NCBI GenBank assembly: GCA_027483645.1
Contig: JAIXUD010000009.1
Coordinates: forward strand, 116,814 to 180,813
Origin: Sphingobacteriales bacterium
GTDB lineage: Bacteria; Bacteroidota; Bacteroidia; Chitinophagales; CAIOSU01
Direction: 5' to 3'
DNA length: 64,000 nt
The position numbers were made by a program, and so were the translations under genes. Shown piece after piece: positions 26,893 through 35,324 of this stretch (its first letter is position 1; each line of letters opens with the position of its first letter). A model generated the notes under the pieces. That model was given only the letters and a program-made list of their open reading frames with translations, had not been told where the DNA came from and did no database searches.

Positions 26893-28497
26893 ATGCTGAC
26901 GCCTGAAATTATAAAAGCATACAACGCAGCCCGCACAACGCCCGACAAAAGCGTACTGTGCCATGCACCCTTTACCAATCTCAACTTTGAGCAAAATGGC
27001 AACGTAACTGCTTGCTGCTACAACCGCAGCCATGTGCTCGGCAGTTATCCTAACAATTCCATTATGGATATTTGGCTTGGACAAAAAGCCGATGAGTTGC
27101 GCCGCTATATACAAAACAACGATTTAGGCGGGGGCTGTATCTTATGCTCATACCAACTTACCAGCGGCAATTTCAACAACTCGCGGGCAAAAGGATATGA
27201 CTATGTGGCCGAAAACAAGGTGGTGCAATACTTCAAAAAGGCACAAGGATACCTTGCCCGGGGAAAATTTATGCAGATGCCCACTTGCTTGGAATTTGAA
27301 CTGAGCAACACCTGCAACCTAGAGTGCGTAATGTGCAACGGCTATTTCTCATCTTCTATACGGAAGAATCGGGAGAACAAAGCCCCAATGGTTAACCCTT
27401 ATGATGATGCTTTTATAGAGCAGCTAAAGCCTTTTATACCTCACTTACTAGATGCCCGGTTTTTGGGTGGCGAGCCGTTTTTGATTGACCAATACTATCA
27501 AATATGGGATGCCTTTGTAGAGCTAAACCCTAAGGCCCGTATACATATTACTACCAATGCCACCATTATGAACCAAAGGGTTAAGACCCTTTTGGATAAG
27601 CTTACCTGCCACATCGTTATTTCCATGGACTCTATTGTGAGGGAGACCTACGAGGCAATACGCTTAAATGCAAAGTTTGACCGCGTGTGGGAGAATTTTA
27701 ACTACCTATACGATTACACCCGCCGCAAGGGCACCCGTATAAATTTTGCCGTATGCCCCATTACCCTAAACTGGCACGAGATGCCCGATTTGGTGAGGTT
27801 CTGTAACGAAAAAGATATTGTGCTGTTTTTCAACACTGTGGTAGTTCCACAAACTTACTCGCTTGAATATCAGCCAGCAAGTGTACTTGAACAAGTAGTG
27901 GCACTTTATGATGCCACCGAGCTACCTGCAGTAACGCAGCGCGAACAATACAACAAACAAATGTTTCTGGACATGGCCAACCAGATAAGGGCTTGGTATG
28001 AACTGGCCCTTAAAGCTGAAAGCAAAAAAGAAGGCCAGGAAAACCAAACCAACCAAGCCATAAACCAAGCACTGGCATCGGGTTTGATATTGCCAGAACA
28101 CCGGGCCGCGCAATACTTGGAGGTGCTGTACGAAATACTTTTCTATGCTCATGGTTTCCCTTACGCAGACGACGAAAAATCGCAAGAAGCGCAATTGATA
28201 GCTACTACGCGCCTGTTTTCGAGCCTTACCAAAATAGCCAAGCAATATGACCAAAACCAATATCTATCGGCCTTATTTGCGGCTTATCGCTATTTGCCAT
28301 TGCTCAACAATAGCCTTAACCCCGCACCCAACCATGCTACAAAGCTAGATGCGCTAATAAAAGAGGCCGGTACCATAGGCAACGCGGAGTGGATAGCCCA
28401 AGATATGAACCATGCAGAGCCGATGAAAGTGCTAAGCCACATGAATGCCCACAGCGCCGAACAACTAATAGGAGGCATGTACCAGCAATATTTTTAA
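26893..28497 (+). CDS. Radical SAM enzyme, paralog 2 of the preceding gene
   Basis: It has the same architecture and the same Cys positions (C23, C41/42, C82, C85; ELSNTCNLECVMCNG). The N-terminal 45 aa are nearly identical to paralog 1, and the C-terminal third is divergent. Confidence 0.8.
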   Translation: MLTPEIIKAYNAARTTPDKSVLCHAPFTNLNFEQNGNVTACCYNRSHVLGSYPNNSIMDIWLGQKADELRRYIQNNDLGGGCILCSYQLTSGNFNNSRAKGYDYVAENKVVQYFKKAQGYLARGKFMQMPTCLEFELSNTCNLECVMCNGYFSSSIRKNRENKAPMVNPYDDAFIEQLKPFIPHLLDARFLGGEPFLIDQYYQIWDAFVELNPKARIHITTNATIMNQRVKTLLDKLTCHIVISMDSIVRETYEAIRLNAKFDRVWENFNYLYDYTRRKGTRINFAVCPITLNWHEMPDLVRFCNEKDIVLFFNTVVVPQTYSLEYQPASVLEQVVALYDATELPAVTQREQYNKQMFLDMANQIRAWYELALKAESKKEGQENQTNQAINQALASGLILPEHRAAQYLEVLYEILFYAHGFPYADDEKSQEAQLIATTRLFSSLTKIAKQYDQNQYLSALFAAYRYLPLLNNSLNPAPNHATKLDALIKEAGTIGNAEWIAQDMNHAEPMKVLSHMNAHSAEQLIGGMYQQYF

Positions 28498-29438
28498 TAG
28501 CTTGAAGGTAAGCGCTTGGTTTGTTCCAGATATAGCAATACTTCGTCGGCAAAAAGATTGGTCATTAATGCACCGGGGTGGTAATTCACCGGATTAGCGC
28601 GAAGATCTAAATCATCATAAGTTGCTAACCGCTCTTGCGAAACAGGAATAAGGTTATAATACTCCAATTGTAACGTATCGAACATTGGTTGCACCTGTAA
28701 GTAATATTTGTCGCAGGTATGCGCCAGGCAAGCAGGGGTTTGCACAATAAAGTAATCCAATCGGTCATTCGCCAACGTGTCTTTAAACTGATGCCAAAGC
28801 TGAGTATACAATACCATATTTTCAGCCCCATACAATCTTTCTTGCCAGCTTGAATAAGAATTTACATAGGCATCAAACAGTACTTTCTCTGCCAAAGCAG
28901 GCCAAATTTTATAAAGAAACCAATAATTATTCCTAAAATCCCAATCCATGTGCTGAAACAGCCCCATATCGCCATCATTATCTACAAAACCCAAAATCAA
29001 CAAGTCAGGCTTATACTTCCTTCCTTCAGTAATGTAAAACTCGAATTCATCCTTCGTTTGCCATCCATTACGGCCCCAGTGCATCACTTCTACATTATCA
29101 TATTTGGCCATTATACGCTGCTCCAACTTATGGCTCCAAGCACTATCATAAGGCAAGCCATCACCCCAAATAAAAGAATCACCCAAAACCGCAATTCTAA
29201 ATACGCCGCTATCTTTTTCTAGTTTTCTAGGGATATCGGTAAACTGGTGTGGGTTTTTGTCGGCAAAAGCTTTATTGGCGAGGTTCAGGCTATCGTTATA
29301 CTTTTGCCAATCGACCAATCCAGAGGCTTCTGGTGCCGGGCCAATGTATATTTTAAGAGCACCATAAATTACCAGCAGCGTAACTATCACTACAATGATT
29401 TTATACCACCTTTTGTGCTTTTTATTATCCGTTGCCAT
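28494..29438 (-). CDS. Membrane-anchored SGNH/GDSL-like hydrolase or acyltransferase
   Basis: It has an N-terminal TM (WYKIIVVIVTLLVIYGAL) and block I IAVLGDSFIWGDG. Its stop codon shares nucleotides with the convergent radical SAM stop. Confidence 0.65.
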   Translation of the reverse strand: MATDNKKHKRWYKIIVVIVTLLVIYGALKIYIGPAPEASGLVDWQKYNDSLNLANKAFADKNPHQFTDIPRKLEKDSGVFRIAVLGDSFIWGDGLPYDSAWSHKLEQRIMAKYDNVEVMHWGRNGWQTKDEFEFYITEGRKYKPDLLILGFVDNDGDMGLFQHMDWDFRNNYWFLYKIWPALAEKVLFDAYVNSYSSWQERLYGAENMVLYTQLWHQFKDTLANDRLDYFIVQTPACLAHTCDKYYLQVQPMFDTLQLEYYNLIPVSQERLATYDDLDLRANPVNYHPGALMTNLFADEVLLYLEQTKRLPSSY

Positions 29439-29442
29439 AGGC

Positions 29443-30489
29443 TTAGTTATTATTATTTAAAGTACCACTAGCCTTAAAATACTTATACATTGCCTCTCCC
29501 CAAGCATTATATCCACGGTCATTCATGTGTCCATCAATAGGCCAAAAATACCCTTTCATATTGTACTTCATTTCGCTTGGTAAAATATCCATTAATCGCA
29601 CATAATGCAAACCATTTACTTCCATATACTCCATTAGGCTATCAGCATGTGGTTCATAGTAACCTTGCTGCAACTCGTATCCCATCGGTTGAAAAATAAA
29701 TAGAGCCTCTGCCCCCACAGCTTGACTGAGCGAGTCTATTTTGGCAAACAATTCTTTGTACTTCGGTATTGCCTCCATTTGCAGCCTATCATACTCTCCG
29801 GCCGATTGGTAATAATCATTATACTGCAATACTTCCTTTACTAAAAAGCGCATCAAATGGCTCCACTTAAATGCTGTATGCAAAACCTGGTTAACTGGCC
29901 TCCATTGGGTAACGGAATCATTAATAAAGCGCTCCAATCCGCCTCTTAATGCATAGTCATTTATGTCGGTATGGTTATATACCTGTATTACCACATCAGG
30001 TTGATAGGCGAAAAATTGCCTACGAAGCATCTCGTATGAGTAAAAAGGGTCGCAGCCTGATACTGCCCCCACAACTATCTCCCATTGCTGATTAATGCCG
30101 TCGGTTTGCAAATACCAAGCCATACGTTGGTGCCAAGTAGAGTCGAACGGAACGCCTACCCCTTCGGTAAAAGAATCACCCAGTACCAGTAAGCGCTTTG
30201 CACCAGCAGGTTTGATAATAGTATGTTCCACATCGCGTATACCTAGGCTGTTAGTGGTAACTTCGTAAGTAAACTCTTTGGCTATCTGTATTACAGTGGA
30301 ATCTGCCGTCCAAGCACATAATGGGCCTTTATATGGCGGCTTAAAATAATCGATAAACATGCCATTGGTGCGTTCACCATAACTTTTGTAGTCGCCTTTT
30401 ATCCTCAACGCAATTTCAGCCAACAATATAAACAAGGCCAAATTGAACAGCACCAAAAACCATAATGATCGATACCACTTATTAGCCAT
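29443..30489 (-). CDS. Membrane-anchored SGNH/GDSL-like hydrolase or acyltransferase (second copy)
   Basis: It has an N-terminal TM (LWFLVLFNLALFILLAEIAL) and block I LLVLGDSFTEGVG. A late DGHMN block is consistent with the SGNH catalytic D-x-x-H. Confidence 0.65.
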   Translation of the reverse strand: MANKWYRSLWFLVLFNLALFILLAEIALRIKGDYKSYGERTNGMFIDYFKPPYKGPLCAWTADSTVIQIAKEFTYEVTTNSLGIRDVEHTIIKPAGAKRLLVLGDSFTEGVGVPFDSTWHQRMAWYLQTDGINQQWEIVVGAVSGCDPFYSYEMLRRQFFAYQPDVVIQVYNHTDINDYALRGGLERFINDSVTQWRPVNQVLHTAFKWSHLMRFLVKEVLQYNDYYQSAGEYDRLQMEAIPKYKELFAKIDSLSQAVGAEALFIFQPMGYELQQGYYEPHADSLMEYMEVNGLHYVRLMDILPSEMKYNMKGYFWPIDGHMNDRGYNAWGEAMYKYFKASGTLNNNN

Positions 30490-31321
30490 CTACTTCTGTT
30501 TGGGCGGCATTGCGCACTAGGTGCAGCTGCCACAACTGTTTCAACTCTGGCTCGGTGCCTTTATCCATTTGCTTAAACAAGTCTTCGGTAAAGTGTACGA
30601 ACACCACTGGCCAAGTTTCGTTTATCATTACTTTGCCCACTTCTAGGCTACGCATGTTCTCGTAGTTGTTCCAATAGGCCACGTTGCAGCCGCGGTGCTG
30701 CAATACCTTTACATCAGTAAACGCAGCAGGCATCAGGTCGAGATACTTTTGGTCATCAAACAAGCCACGCTTATGGTCTTTTTCGCAAGCAAACTCGCAG
30801 CAGCGGGCCCACCATTGCAGGGCTTCCCTACCCTTTTGGCTAGCGCCTACAAAGCCGCCATTGTACACTCCATCGCGGAAATTCACCAAAAACCAATCCT
30901 CATCAATATCTGGCTCTATAATACGCCAATGCGGGTTAAGTAATATGGAGGCATCTTTCAACTCATCGAAAAGGAAAGTAGGGTCTTCAAAAAACACGAT
31001 ATCGTTATCCACGTATATTACCTCATCAAAACCTTGCTCCAACAAGTAATCCATCCACACTGGTTTCAGCGACCAGCGTAAGTTATCGGGCCGTTTACGG
31101 TAACGATCCATCAGTTGCGCTGCCAGAGGCTCTTGGCGAAGGGCATGCAAGCCCTCAATGGAGTAAGCGACATCGCCTTCCATGCCTTCCACTATACCTT
31201 GCTCGGGTTCTACCACCAATATGCGGAACTGCCACTGGCCACCATAGCCTGACACGGAGCGCACCAAGCCCAAAGTTTGGGCCAAATGGCTGCGGGTGGA
31301 TACGGTACAGAAAGTTCTCAT
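30482..31321 (-). CDS. GT-A fold nucleotide-diphospho-sugar transferase (GT8-like)
   Basis: The N-terminus is FCTVSTRSHLAQTLGLVRSV. The DxD motif is in VIYVDNDIVFFEDP. YNGGFVGAS and DDQKYLD blocks follow. Overlaps of 4 nt and 8 nt link it to its neighbours. Confidence 0.55.
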   Translation of the reverse strand: MRTFCTVSTRSHLAQTLGLVRSVSGYGGQWQFRILVVEPEQGIVEGMEGDVAYSIEGLHALRQEPLAAQLMDRYRKRPDNLRWSLKPVWMDYLLEQGFDEVIYVDNDIVFFEDPTFLFDELKDASILLNPHWRIIEPDIDEDWFLVNFRDGVYNGGFVGASQKGREALQWWARCCEFACEKDHKRGLFDDQKYLDLMPAAFTDVKVLQHRGCNVAYWNNYENMRSLEVGKVMINETWPVVFVHFTEDLFKQMDKGTEPELKQLWQLHLVRNAAQTEVDG

Positions 31322-32154
31322 CGGTGTAGCGATTGTGGGGTTACATCCTTAAGCCACGGCAAATAAGTGGCCAATTTGCTGTAATATAATTCTTCTTGCA
31401 TCAATTCCCAAAGGGAGTAGTATGCGGGCATCAATCGGCGGTCAATCATCATCTGCCCTAGCAGCGAGCGGGCCTTCACTTTGTTCTTATCCAAACCACG
31501 GCTGCGCCACTCTTCGTTCATCCAGTGTATGAAGTAATAGCTAGGCGGGGGCATCTTTTTACCGAGTACAAATTGCTTCAGTTCATCCCACTTATCGTAG
31601 TTGGATATGCCCGATTTGATATGGCCAGATAGTGAATGCTTAACAATTTGGTCATTCAGTATTTGTATGGGTAAGTGCCAATCACGGTTTTCGGCAGTTA
31701 CCTTTTCAGTTGCCTCTACGTAGCAATCCCACATCAGCGGGCTGCCTTTGGGGCATTTCATCACATTGCCCACCATGGTAAGCGAATGGTGGTTGCGGAA
31801 GACATACTGCTCGGGGAAATTGAGCGGCTTTAAGCATGCTACATCCATATCCACCCACCAGCCGCCCTGGTCGTGCAATAGTTTATATCGAAAAATATCG
31901 GAAAACCCAGATACGCTGCCCTTGCCATGGCCGTAAGCGTTGGCATGTAGATAACGGAAAATACGGTCGGCAGGGAGGATAAGGTTCGCGTCCATCAGTT
32001 CCACTCCTAATGGCACTGGGGCTGCTAGTTCTTCATAAGTCCATAGCCTAAAGCGATGGCCCTGCTCCATAAACATCATCATGGTGAGCAGCTCAATGTT
32101 GCTTAACCGTGTGCCAATCCAGAGGCCGTTTACTATGTGGTTATCAGGGTTCAT
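31318..32154 (-). CDS. Glycosyltransferase with sugar-binding DXD region (GT32 / Och1-like)
   Basis: FSDIFRYKLLHDQGGWWVDMDVACLKP matches the SD..R...L...GG.Y.D.D pattern of the Gly_transf_sug family. Confidence 0.65.
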   Translation of the reverse strand: MNPDNHIVNGLWIGTRLSNIELLTMMMFMEQGHRFRLWTYEELAAPVPLGVELMDANLILPADRIFRYLHANAYGHGKGSVSGFSDIFRYKLLHDQGGWWVDMDVACLKPLNFPEQYVFRNHHSLTMVGNVMKCPKGSPLMWDCYVEATEKVTAENRDWHLPIQILNDQIVKHSLSGHIKSGISNYDKWDELKQFVLGKKMPPPSYYFIHWMNEEWRSRGLDKNKVKARSLLGQMMIDRRLMPAYYSLWELMQEELYYSKLATYLPWLKDVTPQSLHR

Positions 32155-33305
32155 GCTTGTTTGCGGGGGTCGTATGGTTTTATGCCACGGCTGTAGCGGT
32201 ATGCCACGCGGGTGTAGTGTATGGAGTAATTAACAATGCGGCTCAAAATCAACCTCACAATCCACAGCCACCGCAATACCAAATGGTGGAATACCAACGC
32301 CACTACCCACAAGATAAAGGATATTAAAGGATTGGGGAAGAAGAAATGGTAAAGGATGATAAGCAACCAAAACCACGGCTCTGCCACAGCGAATGCAATA
32401 AGAAAACCAAACGGTAAGTAAATCTCATAAAAGGTATTGAGGGTAAATAGGCCCAAGTCTAAGCGAACGTTTGACGACTGGCGCAGATTGACACGCACCA
32501 CAGGTAGCAGCTGCCACAAGCAAAAGAACGCAAGTAGCCCGTACAACAACTGCACGTAATGACCGGTAAAATGCACCGCCAGGGCAAATAAAACTACCTC
32601 CAGCGGTATGAGCATACCACGTAGTAGGTTTACGTTGAAACGCAACCCATAGCGGTTAATAATATTGGCCGTGCCCGAGAGACGGTCTTTTCGCCTATCG
32701 GCAATGTGGTGTTGTATAATGTTGCGCAGCCCCGCAGCCATCGCCCACGAAACGAGCGTTATCAATTGCCAAACCTTACCCTCAAAATCAGTAATTAACC
32801 AAGCTGTATGTGCCACCAGCCATACGGGCAGAAAGTAGGAATACAATGCATCGGTAATGGCACCTAGATAATACCGCTCCTTTAACCTTACCGGCTGGAT
32901 GGAATACAGCAGAAAGGAAAGCAGGTGCAACACTATCAAGACAATACTGAACCAATTGAACGGCAGCCAAGCCCAAGGCAAAATGGATACCTGCAACAAG
33001 CCAATGGCTATCAACCAGCGGTTGGTTAGGCTTAAGCTACCTGCGCGGTTGGGCTTGCCCGCGGCGGCATCTTGCTCAATATCAAAGCAATCGTTTACAA
33101 AATATCCAAACCCCGCCGCGCCAAACATCCATACTATCAACAAGCCTGCATGCAGCCAGAAGTTGGCCATTGATAAGCTTCCAAAATCAACTTGCCAAAA
33201 ATAGATACCTAGTAGAAACGGCACCTTAAACCGCCACCACTCATGGTACCGGAGGGTTTGCAGCCACCGCACTTCAGGAAAGGAAAATTTTGGGATGTCG
33301 GCCAT
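32151..33305 (-). CDS. UbiA-superfamily polyprenyl transferase-like membrane protein
   Basis: The first Asp-rich motif is NDCFDIEQD (33069-33095). A second D-x3-D sits in IADRRKDRLSG. There are about 9 or more TM helices. I prefer the ATG at 33305 (MADIPKFSF), because the longer ORF to 33440 runs into the repeat element. Confidence 0.7.
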   Translation of the reverse strand: MADIPKFSFPEVRWLQTLRYHEWWRFKVPFLLGIYFWQVDFGSLSMANFWLHAGLLIVWMFGAAGFGYFVNDCFDIEQDAAAGKPNRAGSLSLTNRWLIAIGLLQVSILPWAWLPFNWFSIVLIVLHLLSFLLYSIQPVRLKERYYLGAITDALYSYFLPVWLVAHTAWLITDFEGKVWQLITLVSWAMAAGLRNIIQHHIADRRKDRLSGTANIINRYGLRFNVNLLRGMLIPLEVVLFALAVHFTGHYVQLLYGLLAFFCLWQLLPVVRVNLRQSSNVRLDLGLFTLNTFYEIYLPFGFLIAFAVAEPWFWLLIILYHFFFPNPLISFILWVVALVFHHLVLRWLWIVRLILSRIVNYSIHYTRVAYRYSRGIKPYDPRKQA

Positions 33306-33340
33306 TAAACTTTGTTGGATAATAATTTTTTTAATGGTAA

Positions 33341-33500
33341 TTCCGGAAAACCATTTCGTACCGAGGGCGGTGCCCACGGCTAAAGTTATAGTGCCCCGTT
33401 GGGGCGTCAATAAAATTGTTCGAAATACGGTACGCCCCAAAGGGGCACCATAATTCTAGCGTAGGGCACCGCCCTACGTACGCCATATGTACGAAACATG
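33341..33500. repeat. Structured intergenic repeat (copy B), a palindromic dimer of the 18216-18296 element
   Basis: The left half is co-linear with copy A. The right half is its reverse complement, with a 21-nt exact match (33462-33482 to the reverse complement of 18232-18252). Internal mini-hairpins are gccccgttggggc and gccccaaaggggc. Confidence 0.8.
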
Positions 33501-33581
33501 CAAGGAAACCCCATCCAAATCACCATTCCTTTTATATTCTTGCTAAATTAGCAAAATAGCTACAAAACCCACGCCCCTCTT

Positions 33582-34487
33582 TTGTTGCACCTTGCCCATA
33601 TAGTAAACCCAGTAAATGCCCCGAAAGGTAGCGAGTTGCATACTGCGCAACCCATCGTGTTCCGTTCGATGGAGATTGCGGGCGACCATGCCACAGAGGT
33701 AAAAGTAGGCTTGCTGGCAGTATGCTACCCCGAAGATGCGGTGGTGGTGCCTTCCTACCTCAACCTACTACCCTACCTTACCTGCTCAATATTGGATGTA
33801 AAGCCACAAAGCAATACCAAGAAACTACCCTTTATTAAGGATATCTTGGATGCGCTTTACCAAAACAGCCAAGCGGAATACCTCATCTATACCAATGCGG
33901 ATATCATTTTGCAGCCACATTTTTACCAAGCCGTGGCAGCATACCTTCAGCAAGGGCACGATGCCTTGATTATCAATCGCAGGCGCATACCCCCAAAATA
34001 CAATAGCCCGGCCCAGTTGCCACAGATTTGGGCCGAAACGGGTAGCCCCCACCCCGGTTTTGATTGTTTTGTGTTCCACCGCAGTTTGTATGCCCAGTTT
34101 GTGCTGGGCGAGGTGATAGTTGGCACACCATTTATAGAGGCTACTTTGGCGCACAATGTTTTCGCCTTTAGCCAAAATTATTTGTTGCTGGACAACCACC
34201 ACCTTACCGCCCACCTAGGCATGGAAGTAATGCCCAAGCGCAACGAAGGGCTCTATTGGCACAACCGTAACGAGTTCTTCAAAAACATATTACCAGCCTT
34301 GAAACCTTACCTTACCGATAGCAAACTGCCCTATGCTAACGATACTTGGTTGGGCAAGCAAGTCCGTAGAATTTTAAACCCCGCCATCTTCACCGCGCTT
34401 AGCATTGAATTGGAAGGCAAAAGCAGCTGGCAGCGTATAAAGTGGTATGCCAATGAGTTACGCTGGACATTTTTGGGCAAACGATAG
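33582..34487 (+). CDS. Hypothetical GT-A-like glycosyltransferase (TTG start), divergent from the glycan operon
   Basis: This 301-aa ORF has a YTNADIILQPHFY (DxD-like NAD) block and PGFDCFVFHR. The call rests on context next to the glycan cluster; I did not recognise the family with confidence. Confidence 0.45.
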   Translation: MLHLAHIVNPVNAPKGSELHTAQPIVFRSMEIAGDHATEVKVGLLAVCYPEDAVVVPSYLNLLPYLTCSILDVKPQSNTKKLPFIKDILDALYQNSQAEYLIYTNADIILQPHFYQAVAAYLQQGHDALIINRRRIPPKYNSPAQLPQIWAETGSPHPGFDCFVFHRSLYAQFVLGEVIVGTPFIEATLAHNVFAFSQNYLLLDNHHLTAHLGMEVMPKRNEGLYWHNRNEFFKNILPALKPYLTDSKLPYANDTWLGKQVRRILNPAIFTALSIELEGKSSWQRIKWYANELRWTFLGKR

Positions 34488-34653
34488 GGTTGAATATTGC
34501 CCATATTTCCCTATTCAATTTCTACACTATTCCCCATATTGTTTTGGCTATAATGTTAATGTGGATTCAAATAGCTGTACATCAGCACTTTACAGCACTG
34601 CTATATCTTTAGCACACTAATTGAAACAGTGGCTGGAACCAAGATACACTGTT

Positions 34654-35199
34654 ATGAAAATGAAATCTACGTTGCTCTTATCCTTAGTGCTCATTATATG
34701 CCTTTTGGCAATGGCTCCAGCAGCAAATGCCCAGGCATATAAAAATGCCATCGGTATCCGCTTCGGCTCGCCATTTGGCTTTACTTGGAAACACCTGTTT
34801 ACTGAGAAGCATGGCCTAGAGCTTATTGCTGGCGCACGTGGCCGTAGCTTTGAAGTTGTGGGCTTATATGAATACCACATTTACCCTGCCAAAAGAGCAC
34901 CGGAGTTCGATTTATACTTTGGCGGTGGCGCACACGTTGGCTTTTATGGTGGCTATGGCGACCGCTATTATGGCTCTGGTCCAAAGCCAAAAGACCGCAA
35001 ATTTTGGAATGGCAGGCCTTACTGGGCTTACGATGACCCCTACGTAGGTGTTGGGCTTGATGCTATAATTGGCTGTAGCTATACATTCAAAAATGCACCT
35101 ATTAACTTGGGAATAGATTATAAGCCAGCGGTGTCGTTAACTAAGTATTATGGTTTCTTACGCGGCGATGCGGCTATTTCGCTCCGCTTTACTATTTAG
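34654..35199 (+). CDS. Small outer-membrane beta-barrel protein
   Basis: I prefer the ATG at 34654 (MKMKSTLLLSLVLIICLLAMAPAANAQ, a signal peptide). It shows alternating aromatic/Gly-rich beta-strand patterns and a terminal aromatic-containing strand (AAISLRFTI). Confidence 0.6.
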   Translation: MKMKSTLLLSLVLIICLLAMAPAANAQAYKNAIGIRFGSPFGFTWKHLFTEKHGLELIAGARGRSFEVVGLYEYHIYPAKRAPEFDLYFGGGAHVGFYGGYGDRYYGSGPKPKDRKFWNGRPYWAYDDPYVGVGLDAIIGCSYTFKNAPINLGIDYKPAVSLTKYYGFLRGDAAISLRFTI

Positions 35200-35324
35200 T
35201 TGCTGAAAGAGTAATTTAACATTGGGAATAGATAACGTTCTAAGAAGCTGTTGGGGTGCTAATTGTGGAAGTGGAGTTGGCTAAAAGCTAAGAATAACAT
35301 CCTCGGTTCTTCGACAGCTTTTAA

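Noticed and set aside
26884-27114. 76-aa ORF antisense to the 5' end of radical SAM gene 2
   Set aside because: The same antisense frame is open over paralog 1, where it inflates the GT4 ORF. This indicates a sequence-composition artefact rather than a gene.
33306-33440. N-terminal extension of the UbiA-like ORF
   Set aside because: The extension is encoded by the palindromic repeat (copy B). The ATG at 33305 immediately precedes the first conserved or hydrophobic region.
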